Program-made: the position numbers and the translations under genes
Notes under the pieces: generated by a model
Database searches by the model: none
Seen by the model: only the letters and a program-made list of their open reading frames with translations
What the model was told of the DNA's origin: nothing
Shown: positions 24,133-36,084 of the stretch, piece by piece
Numbering within the stretch: position 1 is the first letter of the stretch
Layout: each line of letters opens with the position of its first letter
Source: Camelus ferus
Taxonomy: Eukaryota
DNA length: 64,000 bases
Assembly (NCBI RefSeq): GCF_009834535.1
Contig: NC_045696.1
Coordinates: forward strand, 90,956,001-91,020,000
Direction of reading: 5' to 3'

Positions 24133-24642
24133 TGTTATGAACTGAATGTTTGTGCCCCCTAAAATTCTTATGTTGAAGTCCTAACCCTCGATGTAGTGGT
24201 ATTAGGAAGTGGTACCTTTAGGAGGTAGTTAGGTTTAGATGAGGCCACAAGGATGGGGCCCTCTTAAATGAGATTAGTGCCTTTATAAGAGTCATGAAAG
24301 GTGGGGAGGGAATACTTCAAGTGGTAGAGCACATGTTTAGCATGGCTTCAGTCCCCAGTACCTCCATAAAAAATTAAATCAATAAATAAACCTAATTACC
24401 TCCAACCACCTCCCCCCACCAGAAAAAAAAAAAGTCATGAAAGAGCTTTCTCTCTCTCTCTCCACCATGTGAAGACACAAGTTGTCAGTCTGTAGCCTGG
24501 AAGAGAGCTCTCACCAGAATCTGATCATTCTGGCACCCTGATCTTGGACTTCCAGCCTCCAAAAGTATAAGAAATAAATTTCTTATATTGTTTAAGAGCC
24601 ACCAGTCTATGGTACTTTGTTATAGCAACCCAAATGAAGACA
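24133..24642 (+). mobile_element. MaLR solo LTR (MLT1A/MST-type), interrupted by a SINE
   Basis: TG...CA ends ('tgttatgaactgaatgtttgtg' ... 'gttatagcaacccaaatgaagaca'); 'ctggcaccctgatcttggacttccagcctcc'; AATAAA; near-matching 5-bp TSD ttctc/ttatc. Confidence 0.9.
24301..24432 (+). mobile_element. tRNA-derived SINE (camelid vic-1 type)
   Basis: tRNA-like head 'ggggagggaatacttcaagtggtagagcacatgtttagcatg..ttcagtccccagtacctcc', tail 'aataaataaacctaattacctcc', poly(A), and 11-bp TSD agtcatgaaag at 24290-24300 and 24433-24443. Confidence 0.85.
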
Positions 24643-24649
24643 TTATCTT

Positions 24650-24945
24650 TGTCTCTCTCTTACCCTCTCCTGAGGCTAATACTCTGGCTGGTGAACTTGT
24701 ATTCATATCTCAGACCTGGTTAAGAAGGCACCTCCTCTGTGAGCCTTCTTGACTCTCAGTCACTCCTCACTTTCCTCTTGTGCTCCTTGTCACCAAAATA
24801 TCAAACATTGGTTTACTCGTCTGTCTCCCACACTGAACTGTGAACTCTGTGGGTGAAGAAAGTACAGTGTGTTACTTGTATCTGTGCCATCAGCACCTAG
24901 CACTACACTGGGCACATTTTGGGTACTCATTGAATGAATGAAGCC
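24650..24945 (+). mobile_element. L2 3' end
   Basis: 'gtctgtctcccacactgaactgtgaactc...cagcacctagcactacactgggcaca...ttgaatgaatgaa'. Confidence 0.8.
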
Positions 24946-25329
24946 TAGAAAATTACAAGCTTCTTGAAGCAATAATTTGCCTGGAACTTTCTTGTTTGAT
25001 TCTATAGCACATACTCTTCGTTCCCTACCCACAAGCCCTTGGATCTCTTTGATCATTTCTCTGTACCTCTCCCCAAACTTCATCCAGTGATCTGAACCTG
25101 TGACTTTTTTGAAAGTTTGCTCTTGGGCTACTGGAGTCGGTAAGCTAAAAGTATCTGTGAATAGCTCAGCCCCAGGGACTCACTTATAGGATAGCAAGTG
25201 GGTCCGTATGCAAATGGCCACACAACTTTCTTTAGGTTCTGTGAGTTTAGAGGTCCCCAGAGGAGGAACACTACCTCCCATGTAAAATAAAGCTGTGGCT
25301 GACACCTTGTCATTTAGGGCTCTTTGTGA

Positions 25330-25680
25330 TAGTAGAAAAGAAAGGAGCTACCGTATTGGCAGAGGTGATCCTGAGCATCATGAAGAGTTAGGGTTGCTGC
25401 TACAAAATGGTGAGAAGATCTAGGAGATGCACTGGTGCTCCCATAGTTATTTTTACCTGTGAATGGACAGTTACAGCAATGGAGGTCTGATTTGGGCTCA
25501 GATCGTAAGAGTCGTAACTAGGCTCACATCCCTCAAAGATGGCGGTCTGGTTCATTCCCCCAGGCAAGCTGCCTAGACCAGCAGCAGTGCTAGCTAATGA
25601 TAAAGGAAATCTAGAATGGATGGTAAAGGAATGAGGTAATGAATACCAGTTATGAATATGAGATCAAGCAGCAGTGAGCT
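25330..25680 (+). pseudogene. ERVL (ERV3-16/HERV-L-like) internal remnant: dUTPase and pol C-terminal region, disabled
   Basis: Hand translation gives DPEHHEELGLLLQNG and HPSKMAVWFIPPGKLPRPAAVLANDKGNLEWMVKE*GNEYQL, resembling recalled ERV-L 'DPDYQGEIGLLLHNG' and 'DPSGMKVWVTPPGKKPRPAEVLAEGKGNTEWVVEEG'; contains stops. Confidence 0.8.
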
Positions 25681-25784
25681 TTTACTCAACCCACTAGCTC
25701 TCCTCTTACAAGTTTTTTCCCCTAGAAAATTTGACCAACCCATCATTTTGAAGAAACTATTATTATGGTATGAAGTGAACATAA

Positions 25785-26476
25785 TGTGAGATATGAGAGA
25801 ATCTAAGCAATTAGATCACCTCAGCCCCGTTTACCATTTCTGTGTTCTACCCTTGCTTTAGTTTGCTTTTGCCTCCTGTAGTCTTCATCGTTTTCTCTTC
25901 CTTAGGAATCTGCCTGTGGGGTACTGGAGCTACTTTTCTTGTAAACACAGAGAGCTATAAGTGCCTGAGAGTTTACATCCCCCTGTAGTGGAATTAGCCA
26001 GTGACTGAAAGGGATAGCTGTTTGGAAGTCCAGATACCTCTCCTCAGATCAGGACAATGCTGAGGCATAATCTACACTCCAGAGTTTTCTTCAGGATCAG
26101 CTCTGAAGCTATCATAGAACTTTACTTGAAATTCCCCCTTCATTGTTGCTTCCCTCTTACTCCTTTACTGGATTGTTCAGAGATAATTTTTTTTAAATTT
26201 TGTTTTTTGTTGTAGTTGCTTTGCATGTTAGTTTCAGGTGCACAGCAAAGCGATTCAGTTATACATATACATACATATATATATTTATATATTTCAGATT
26301 CTTTCCATTATATGCTATTATAAGAAACTGAATATGGTTCCATGTGTTAAACAGTAGGTCCTTGTTTATTTTATACATAGTAATATGTATCTGTTAATGG
26401 CATAATTTCTTTAATAAATCATTCACCTGTGAATCTTCATCTCAAAGTGTGCTTTTGGAGAGCCCACCATAGGACA
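25785..26476 (+). mobile_element. LTR16-type ERVL LTR (3' LTR of the upstream internal remnant), interrupted by L1
   Basis: 'agccagtgactga...acactccagagttttcttcaggatcagc' and 3' end 'aataaatcattcacctgtgaatcttcatctcaaagtgtgcttttggagagccc...gaca'. Confidence 0.75.
26190..26401 (-). mobile_element. Short artiodactyl L1 3' end
   Basis: 'gttagtttcaggtgcacagcaaagcgattcagttatacat...cagtaggtccttg'; flanking ataattt at 26183-26189 and 26402-26408 as possible TSD. Confidence 0.85.
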
Positions 26477-26589
26477 GATTCTCCTCTCTTTGTCCAGATT
26501 TTCAGAGACATAATGATTGGGTCACAGTTGTCCTTTTAATTGACCACAGCTGAGAGACTGGATGTAGAACCACCTAGGAGGCAACTCTT

Positions 26590-27040
26590 TGTTAAGAGAT
26601 AATTCTCTTTTCATTTCTCTTGCATGTCTACATATCTTGCAAGAGAGACATTGATTGCCCTTCTTTCTAGACTTTCTTTTCAAGATACTTGTATAGTGAG
26701 CAAGGTAGTATCTCCTTTCAGAGCAGAGGGCCAGCAAGGTTACTTCTCATTATAGAAGATTCATGTTCCCTAAGGTCAGGATTCCCTTCCCATAGTGAAG
26801 CCCAGTGCATGTGCAGGCATGCATAGGGGTCCATCCACAGGGGTCCATCCACATTGCCCTGGGGAACTTGGGAGCAAAGGGGAATTGATGCAAACATGCT
26901 GATGCTAATGCTGTTTGTTGTGCTCTGAGTGTAAAGTCCTTTGTCTCTGACCCAGGAGTCTTGTATCTTCTGCCAGAGTCCATGAAACTGGCAGGTGAAC
27001 CTCTTAGCTTGAAAATAGGGTAAAATCTTAAGACTTGTCA
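26590..27040 (+). mobile_element. LTR40-type ERVL solo LTR
   Basis: Starts 'tgttaagagataattctc'; contains 'aaagtcctttgtctctgacccaggagtcttgtatcttctgccag...catgaaactggcagg...tagggtaaaatct'. Confidence 0.8.
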
Positions 27041-27929
27041 CGTGAGTATCATCATATTCTTGATACTCTTCTGCTTAGGAAATGCTAGTGGGTCTTTTCC
27101 TTTGCTGGCCATCTTGTTCTACTCATTTATTTGCCAAATCTGGCAGAGCAGACTTTTCTGACTGACCCATTGGATGTGGCCTCTTCTCCCTCAGATCTCC
27201 AATCTTGGTATCTGTTGATTGGTCACATGCCACCTTGATCTTCACTCTCAAAAAAAAATACAAACCTATACAATTTAAAACCATACAACTACAAAGCACT
27301 GCCCCAGGGATGCTCTGCCTCAAATAGCCAGGCTTTCCTAATTGACTATGACCCTGAAGCCCCAGCTCCCCTGCTGCCTGAGCCTCTCTTCAGCCCATCC
27401 TAGCCTTGGGCTTGAGGACCTACCCAGACTCTTTCTTCCCATACTTCTGTATTTTTGATCCTATATATGAAAGCTGAAGTTTTCAAATAGAATTTGAGTT
27501 GTTCATTTACATGTTAAAGTGAGCCCAAAAGACTTCATAAATTGGCATGTTATTATTTTAAGTGACAGAGAAAATAACACCAAGAAATTAAACCCAAAGT
27601 TTCTTGACGGCTCATTTGTGAAATCAGAAAATCCTATGTTTTTAAAGTTTCAATTTGTATTTTACTTACTGTCAAAGTATTGATTTTGTTTTTATTACTG
27701 CCCAAAGAGCCCATTATCTCTTTCATCACATGAGACTGCCCAAAATAACATGTCTCACTTAGAGAGGGATGACTCAAAAAAACATGCTTTGAAGAGTTGT
27801 GGTTGTATTATGGATTCTCTCAGGCTTTGATTGGTTGAAAGGAACTTGGAAAATCTATATTACTGAGACTTAAAATCTGGTGAGAATTTTATTTTAGGGT
27901 TTAGTACTTACATAGTTTTAAGCAAGATA

Positions 27930-28175
27930 TCCAATTCCATGGGAAAATTGTGGGTTAAGAATGAGCTCCATTTCTTACTTACTGATCTTGGGCACTTAAA
28001 TTCTCTAGGCTTTTGTTTATTTGACTATAAAGTAGAAATAATAACAGTAGCCCCAAAGGGCTGGTAAGAGAATCAAGTGAGAAGATGCCTTTGTATGTAC
28101 TGTAAAGCATTGTGCAAAGTTGAGCTTGCTGCCTGACACAGAACAGGAATTTAATAAATGTTTGTAGAATGAGGG
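27930..28175 (+). mobile_element. MIR SINE
   Basis: 'cttactgatcttgggcacttaaattctct...tataaagtagaaataataacag...gcctgacacagaacaggaatttaataaatgtt'. Confidence 0.75.
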
Positions 28176-30284
28176 ACAAGATGTTATTTAGCAATGTCAA
28201 ATTTACTTTGATTCATTAAAGGAGATGATTTAGGATCCTGATTAAAGATGAAGTGATTTCATAAAATATAATTCATAAAAATTATTTTCCTGGATCCAGA
28301 CTTTGTTTAGGATTTTATGACACCAAGGGTTGTTTAGTAGGAACTCAGTTGCCCTCCATGACATTAGCTATGAAAGTTTAGGGATTTACCCTCCAATCTA
28401 TGATCAAATAATGCTCATAATGCTTTCATGTGATACTTTCTGCAGGTGTGGCAAGTTCTATGATGCTTTCTACAGGAATATAAAGCAGCCCTTTTATTTG
28501 CCATGAAACTTTTGACTTCAGTTATCTCTAAGAATTTATCAAGGAGTAACAACCAGAAGAAGGATTTGGGCAGCTATTGCTGTTCTATAGTAGGATGAGT
28601 TGAAATACGATAACAAAGTTTCACGTTTGGAATTTAAGCCACATATGACATCTACAATTGATCTTCCATTGCTTCAGATGTGGCCCTGGGGTTCCACAAC
28701 TGTTGGGCCTTAGTGGGAGCTGCATCTTATTGTCTCTCATTTTCTGTCTTTAAGAGTATCTGATTCTAAGTGCTTACAATGTGAATAATTAGGCTATTGG
28801 ACATTAGAATACAATAAATGTCGTTGGGCTGAATTAACGATCTAAACAAGACACTGATCAATCAGTGCTGACTTTCAATTGGTTCAGGGAGTTTATCTTT
28901 TAACAATGCTTCACATTACTAGAGTAATTGTCTAAGATCTGATTTTGTCATTCCACTTTGACAAAAGAACTTCTCTTAGGCTTATTTTTTTTTATTCATT
29001 CAATTGTACATTTCTTGAAAATCTAGTGAGTGCAAATGAACATATACAAATTTGCATTTACAGTGTACATGATCAAAAATGGGGGAATTTATTGGGAAAC
29101 GTAGATATTTTTGTAAGATGCCATATGCTTTTTTCCTATCTGGAAATTTAACCATTTTACTTGAGTATGTTGGAATGAGAAAGAAAGAGAAGATAGAACA
29201 CATTCAGCAGAATTCCAATAAATTATTTCCCTCCTCTTTCAATCTAGTTTTCCTTTCTGATACATTTATTCCATCTTCATTGATGGGAGAAAGAAAAAGA
29301 GAACTATGAACAACCAGCCTCTGTCTTATCACACTCTCAGTGGACGCTAATCATTAAGATTCTCACCCTTATTTGCTAAGATCACTGAGGGTTACCCATA
29401 TCCAGTGGTTGAGCCAATAGAAGGTGAAATCTCCCAGCACGGGTTTTTTTCAGGGGTTTCTTATTGCTTGATTGTTTTCAAACCAGGCTTTTTTACATTA
29501 GTGGGAGAGAAAGAACCAACAAGGTGGTAATTTGCCACTGACTGAAAGATGGATTTATGTCTATAGGATGATTCTTTTTTTCAAGGTTTCAGATTCACAT
29601 GGTTTCTTCTGGCTCAGGAGCAGAAGGTCCAATCACCGGCACCAGAGCCTCACTGTTCCAGGTGAACAAAAAGCTCCTGGGCCAGTAACGCTGGGCAATA
29701 GAGAGGGAAGGACAGAAGTTGTGAGGAATGATGAGAGAGATGATGGTGTATTCATAAGTTCCTATAGTTGCTCTGGGGATAGAAGCCTGTGTAAGAGCCT
29801 GTTGAATACTGGTTTGGGCTGACTACGCAAACTCTGAAGACAGCAGAGGTCCACAGGCCATGAGCCGTGTCCCTCATTTCTTCAGAATGCATGTACCAAT
29901 ACCATATGGAATCGGTATTTCTAAGCATCCTCTCTACCACAAAGGTTATCTGTCATGTATTTTTGCTGTTATCTTGAAAAATTGTATCACAGTTTTAATT
30001 TACATCTACTTGTTCTTTTGATTCTGGGCTTTATGAAAAGTGTAACAGGAATAGTATTTTTTGAAATATTTTAATGTTCTTTTCCTTTTTGTACTTCCTT
30101 TTACGTGATCTTCTGCTATCCAGCCAGAGGCATCCAATGCTTTGGGGAAGCTTAGGACTGTTACAACAGAATGAAAAGAGAAAGAAAGATCCGATGTTCA
30201 GCTTTTGAATTCCAAAATAGAACTTCTGATCTGCATTAAGATAATTGTCTCAAAAGATGGGCTTTTTTCAAAATAAACTTTTAG

Positions 30285-30746
30285 AAAAATTATTTAAGTA
30301 TAGTCAGTTTACAATGTTGTGTCAGTTTCTGGTGTACAGCATAGTGTTTTAGTCATACCTATGCATACATATATTCATTTTCATATTCTTTTTCATTATA
30401 GGTTGCTACAAGATATTGACGATAGTTCCCTGTGCTATATAGTATAAACTTGTTTATCTATTTTACATATAGTAATTAGTATATGCAAATCTCAGGCCCC
30501 CAATTTATCCCTTTCCAGCCCCTCCCCCTCATTGTAACCATAAGTTTCTTTTCTATGTCTGTGAGTCTGTTTCTGTTTTGTACGTAAGTTCATTTGTCTT
30601 TTTTTAGATTCCACATGTAAGTGATATCATATGGTATTGTTCTTTGTCTTTCTGACTTACTTCACTTAGAATGACAATTTCTAGGTCCATCCATGTTGCT
30701 GCAAATGACATTATTTTATTATTATTTTTTGGCTGAGTAGTATTCC

Positions 30747-30825
<79 letters not shown>

Positions 30826-32095
30826 CACAACTGCTTTATCCAGTCACCTGTCAGTGGACATTTAGGTTGTTTCCATGTCTTGGCTACTGTAAATAGTGCT
30901 GTTACAAACACTGGGGTGCATGTATCTTTTCAAGTTTGAGTTCTCTCCAGATATATGCCCAGGAGTGGGTATGCTGGATCATATGGTAAGTCTATTTTTA
31001 GTTTTTTTTTTAAGGAATCTCCCTACTGTTTTCCATAATGACTGCACCAATTTACATTCCCACCAACAGTGTAGAAGGGTTCCCTTTTATCCACACCCTC
31101 TCCAGCGTTTATTGTTTGTGAACTTTTTAGTGATGGTCATTCTGACTGGTGTGAGGTGATATTTTATTGTAGTTTTGATTTACATTTCTCTGATGATGAG
31201 CGATATTGAGCATTTTTTCATGTGCCTATTGGCCATTTGTATGTTTTCATTGGAGAATTGCTTGTTTAGGTCTTCTGCCCATTTTTGGGTTGGGTTGTTT
31301 GTTTGTTTGTTTGTTTTTTGTTATTAAGCATATGAGCTGTCTATATATTCTGGAAATTCAGCCCTTGTCAATTGCATCTTTTGTAAATATTTTCTCCCAT
31401 TCTGTAGGTTTTGTTTATAGTTTCCTTTGCTATGCAAAATCTTGTAAGTTTAATTAGGTCCCATTTGTTTGTTTGTTTGTTTTTATTCTTATTCCTATTG
31501 CCTGGGTAGACTAGGAGAACATTGCTAAGATTTACGTTTGAAAATGTTTTGCCTATGTTTTCTTCTAGGAGGTTCATAGTGTCTTGTCTTATATTTAAGT
31601 CTTTAAGCAATTTTGAGTTCATTTTTGTGTGTGGTGTGAGGGAGTGTTATAACTTCATTGGTTTACGGTTGGCTGTCCAGTTTTCCCAACACCACTTGCT
31701 GAAGAGACTCTTTTCTCCATCGTATATTCTTGCCTCCTTTATCAAAGATTAATTGACTGTAGATGTGTGGGTTTATTTCTGGGCTCTCTATTCTGTTGCA
31801 TTGATCCATATGTCTGTTTTTGAGCCAATACTGTGCTGGTTTGATTACTGTAGCTCTGTAGTATTGTCTGAAGTCTGGGAGGGTTATTCCTCCAGCTTTA
31901 TTATTTTTCTTCAGTATTGCTTTGGAATTCTGGGTCTTTTGTGATTCCATATACATTTTGGGATTTTTTTGTTCTAGTTCTGTGAAAAATATCCTGGGTA
32001 ATTTGATAGGGATCTCATTAAATCTGTAGATTGCTTTGGGTAGTGTGACCATTTTAGCAATATTAATTCTTCCAATCCAAGAGCATGGGATATAT
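30285..32095 (-). mobile_element. Relatively young 5'-truncated L1 (ORF2 C-terminal part and 3' UTR)
   Basis: ORF 31663-32052 ([25 protein letters not shown]...[19 protein letters not shown]) and ORF 31368-31622 (NSKLLKDLNIR...KWDLIKL) are L1 ORF2 fragments; artiodactyl 3' terminus at about 30295. Confidence 0.97.
30749..30824. repeat. Compound microsatellite (TG)20(TATC)9 in the L1 3' region
   Basis: Read directly. Confidence 0.97.
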
Positions 32096-32099
32096 TTAA

Positions 32100-33800
32100 T
32101 TTAAGTTTGAAGTTATTTGTATAAAGTTGTTCATAATCTTATTATTATCTTTTTAATGTTTGTAGGTTCTATAGTGATGTCCATTTTTTATTTCTGATAC
32201 TGCCAATTTATTCTTTTTCATTCTAAACATCAACCTTTGGTAGTTTAGTAGTTTAGTAATCAATTTTATTAATCTTTACAAGGATTTTGACTTTCAATTT
32301 AATTGATTTTCTCTATTATTTTGTTATTTCATTAATTTATGCTCTTATATTTATTTCCTTCTGTTTACTTTCTTTGTATTTAATTTCCCCACTTAAAAAA
32401 AAGTCTTGAGATAAATCCTAAAATCATCCATTTCATCCTTTCCTCTTTTCTAAAATATGCATTAAGATTATAAAGTTTTCTCTCAGTTTCACGTAGCTAT
32501 ATTATGCAAGTTATGTTTTAAACTTATTTTTATTATAATTCAGTTCCAAATAATTTTTTATTTCTATTGTGATTTCTTCTTTAACTGATAGGTTATTTAG
32601 GAGCATATAGGTAAATTTTCAAATAGTTTTGAATTTTCTAATTATCATTTTGTTACTGATTTTTGTTTTAATTCTAGTAACTGACTAAACTACTTCAAAT
32701 GATTTCAGTACTTTGTTATTTGTTGATACTTTATTTGCCTCAGTGATTAGATAACCTTGGTAAATGTATATGTACATTTGAAAAGAATGTGTATGGAATA
32801 CAGTGATATATGTGTATACATACAATCAATTAGGTCAAATTGGTCAATCATTTAGTTCAAATTTTCTCTGTCTCTCCTGATATTTTTTTTTGTCTATTCT
32901 ATCAATTTGTTACCTTAGTTACCACAACAGATAATCTCAAAATCTCCTATGGTTATGGATTTGTTCATTTATCCTTTTAGTTTTGTCTGTTTTTGTTTTA
33001 TATGGTTTGAGGCTATATTTTTATGTGCACACAAATTTAGAAATGTTGTATTTTCCTGATTAACCCTTTATTATCAGGAAATGTCCCCTCTTAACCACTA
33101 AAACTGCTAATTTATATGTATTCCCTTTCTATTTGCTCAAATTAGACTTCTTGCCCTAAGTCTGTAAAAAACTGTAAATTTTCTTTTTGTTAATGTTTGT
33201 GTGGCGTGTGTTCCCATTCTTTTACTTTTTGCCTTACTGGTTGTCTTTTTTAGGCAGCATGTATTTAGTTTTTTTGCTCCACAGTCTGGTAAGCTTTTTT
33301 ATTAAAAAAATGCATTATGTAGTCTATTTGTGAGTTTTATACTTACTTCTGTGTTTGTGTTTGAACCTGCTGTCCTATAATTTTGTTTTTTGCTTGTCCC
33401 TCCTTTATTTCTTTTTTTCTCCCTCTCATTTTCTTTTGTATTAATTATTTTTCAATCATTCCCTTTTATTCTTTTATTAGTCCTTTTTAGTCCTCTTATT
33501 AGAGATTATAATATGCATCCTTGATTCATTAGTGTCTACTGCAAATTAGAATTAAAAAATAACTCATATATTTTATTAAAATTTTATCATTTTTCTATTA
33601 CATTTAAGCCTCTGTCATCCAGAACTTACTTTTCTGTAAAGATACATGGTAAGATATAATTTATTTCCCAATGTTGAGCCACATGTTTAACTACTATTGA
33701 ATATTGTAAATTTACTGAATAACCTTTTCATCATCCTACATTAAATTAGAATTTTTAGATAATTTCCTGGACAATGCAAGGATCTTAGAAAACTTGAATT

Positions 33801-33853
<53 letters not shown>

Positions 33854-35795
33854 ACTTTTTCTATGTTATTATTATTTATCATCTATTTTAACTCTCTCTA
33901 TATTTAAAACCTATCCGACATTATTTTTTTTGTGCTATGTAATCATTCTTATTTTTCTGTAAATGTTTGTTTTCCTGTTCATCATTCCTCCTTGTACTCT
34001 GTGTTTCTATCTAGATCATTTGTATAGACACTTAAATCTGTGGCTTGATGTTTTCCTTAGTTTTGAGAAATTCTCAACCATTTATCTTTTCAAATACTGC
34101 TTCTGTCACATTCTCTCTCTTTATCCCTCTGGAGCTCCAGTTACCCATATTTTTTCCATCATGTCTTATATGCCCTCTTATACTCTTTTCTCTATTTTTC
34201 TTCTGTTTGTCTCAATGTATTTTACTCTGGACACTTTCTGCTGACTCATCTTTCTGTTCACATCTTCTGATACATCTAATCCATGTCTAATCTTTGTCTT
34301 ACTTATCATGCCCATCTTTTGCATTCTTAGTATCAGTGCATTTTTCAGTTTTAGAATTTCTATTTCTCTTTTAAGGATTCTCACTCTCTAGTAATTCTAT
34401 TTATTTGGTTGTCTCTATGTCTAGAGAACATGTTAATCTACAGATATTTAAAATCTGTAATAACTCTATAGTAACCCAAATATCTGAATCACCTGTGGGC
34501 TTGTTTAATTGTCTTTTTTTTTTTTAATTTTGAGTTGTTGGTGTTGTTTTATATACTGATATACCTGGTAATTCTTGATAAGGTATTAGATATTATATAT
34601 GAAAAATTGTAGAGGCTTTGAGTGATAGTATTTTCCCAGGAAAATTTAATTTTTGTTCAGTGGGCAGTTTGATCTAGTCTTGGATTGAGTTGAGTTGAAA
34701 GTGAGTTTGTGTTTGTAAGGACTTCTCTGATTTCTAGTTTGCACTCACTACTAGGACTTGGTCTTCAGGGGTCTCAAGGAAAATCCTGGAATATCTTCTA
34801 AGTCCTCTTCTCCTTGTCAGGTCTGACTTAGATTTTAGCTGCTTAGCTGCTGCTTTCTGCTACGCATCTTGGCCTCTGCCCTTATAGAGCTTAGACACTG
34901 GAAAATACCTCAAAAACAAAAGTGGTGCAGAATGTTAGATTCACTTATCTAAGGGTCACTTTGTTCCTGGATTCTAGCCCCTCAAGTCCTGGCTCCCTTA
35001 GTAACCCTGACCTTCAGTTTTTGTCTTTCTGGCCTCATGAAAATGCTAAGAATCCTTTATTGGTTGTCCTATTGGCAGCTAGAGTGGGGTCAACACCTTG
35101 ACTTAAAGTCTTAGATTTGAGATGTCTCAAGGCTGGACTTTGCACTTCGTAAGGCCCTCTAGGTACTCATACTCCCATTGTTAGTCCTTCAGGGCTCCAA
35201 ACTGAAGGGCTTGTGTCTTTGCCAAGGCCCCTCAACTTCCTTGGGCTTTAATTTCAATCTTTATTTCCTTAACATTAAAGGCTGTGGATAGCTCTGTTTA
35301 GCTTTTCAGTCTCTTAGCTGCTCTTTCTACCTGGATTCTCCACCTCTCTGCCTGCACAGTTGGCAAATAGGTGAATACTTGGAGAAAAAAGGCAGCTCAG
35401 ACCATTAGCTTCATATCCCTGAACTCCCATCTCTCCTAGGTCTTGATCCTTCAAGTCCTGGCTGCTTTGGTAAGCCTGGACTCCAGCTACCTGTATCACA
35501 GTCCTGTGAGAGTGTGGAAAGCTCCAAGTGCCACTTTCTTTACAGCTTCTGGCCTAAACCCCTTACAAACTAATAAATGCCTTATGAGGAGAAGAGATAG
35601 ACAAAGTCGAACTTACCTCAATGCTTTTATCTTTTCTCTAAGATCTTTGCTCCTCAAGTCTGGGATGCATTGATTGCGCTCTGATGGTTTCAAACAGCTG
35701 CTTAAAAAATACTTTTTGTATAGTATTTAAAATTGTTTTTGGTGTGAGGGTTGGATTGATGCAAGTTACTCTGTCTCAGCTGGAAACCGAAGTCC
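32100..35795 (-). mobile_element. Ancient L1 (L1M/L1ME-type) 5' half: degenerate ORF2 N-terminus, ORF1 and 5' UTR
   Basis: T-rich antisense L1 texture; ORF 34178-34384 (REIEILKLKNA...LDVSED) resembles the ORF1 coiled coil; ends 'gagggttggattgatgcaagttactctg...ctggaaaccgaagtcc', like L1ME/HAL1 5' termini. Confidence 0.75.
33803..33849. repeat. (AT)23 microsatellite
   Basis: Read directly. Confidence 0.97.
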
Positions 35796-36084
35796 AAAAA
35801 TCTAGGTTTTCTTGCCAAAGAGAGAGGCTTTTTAAATTTTATAAAGCTTGTCTTTACATATCAACAGCTAGATTGGATCAATTGATGTATAATAGAGTTT
35901 TACTATAACCCATAATGCAGAGAGGACAGAATATGATGAAAGACATTGTTCTCTCCAGATAGGAGGAAGATGTAGAAAGAAAGCTCAGGAGCTTTTTTTT
36001 ACATTTATGATAAAAATGTAATCGGGATTCCTCAGGGATTCTGTTCTCACCAACTTGAACTTTGGCTTAAGAATTCATGGAAAT

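Noticed and set aside
24301..24365. tRNA-like sequence
   Set aside because: It is a SINE head with tail, poly(A) and TSD; it has an internal deletion and cannot form a full cloverleaf.
31368..32052. ORFs with clear protein homology
   Set aside because: Frameshifted L1 ORF2 fragments of a 5'-truncated element, not a host gene.
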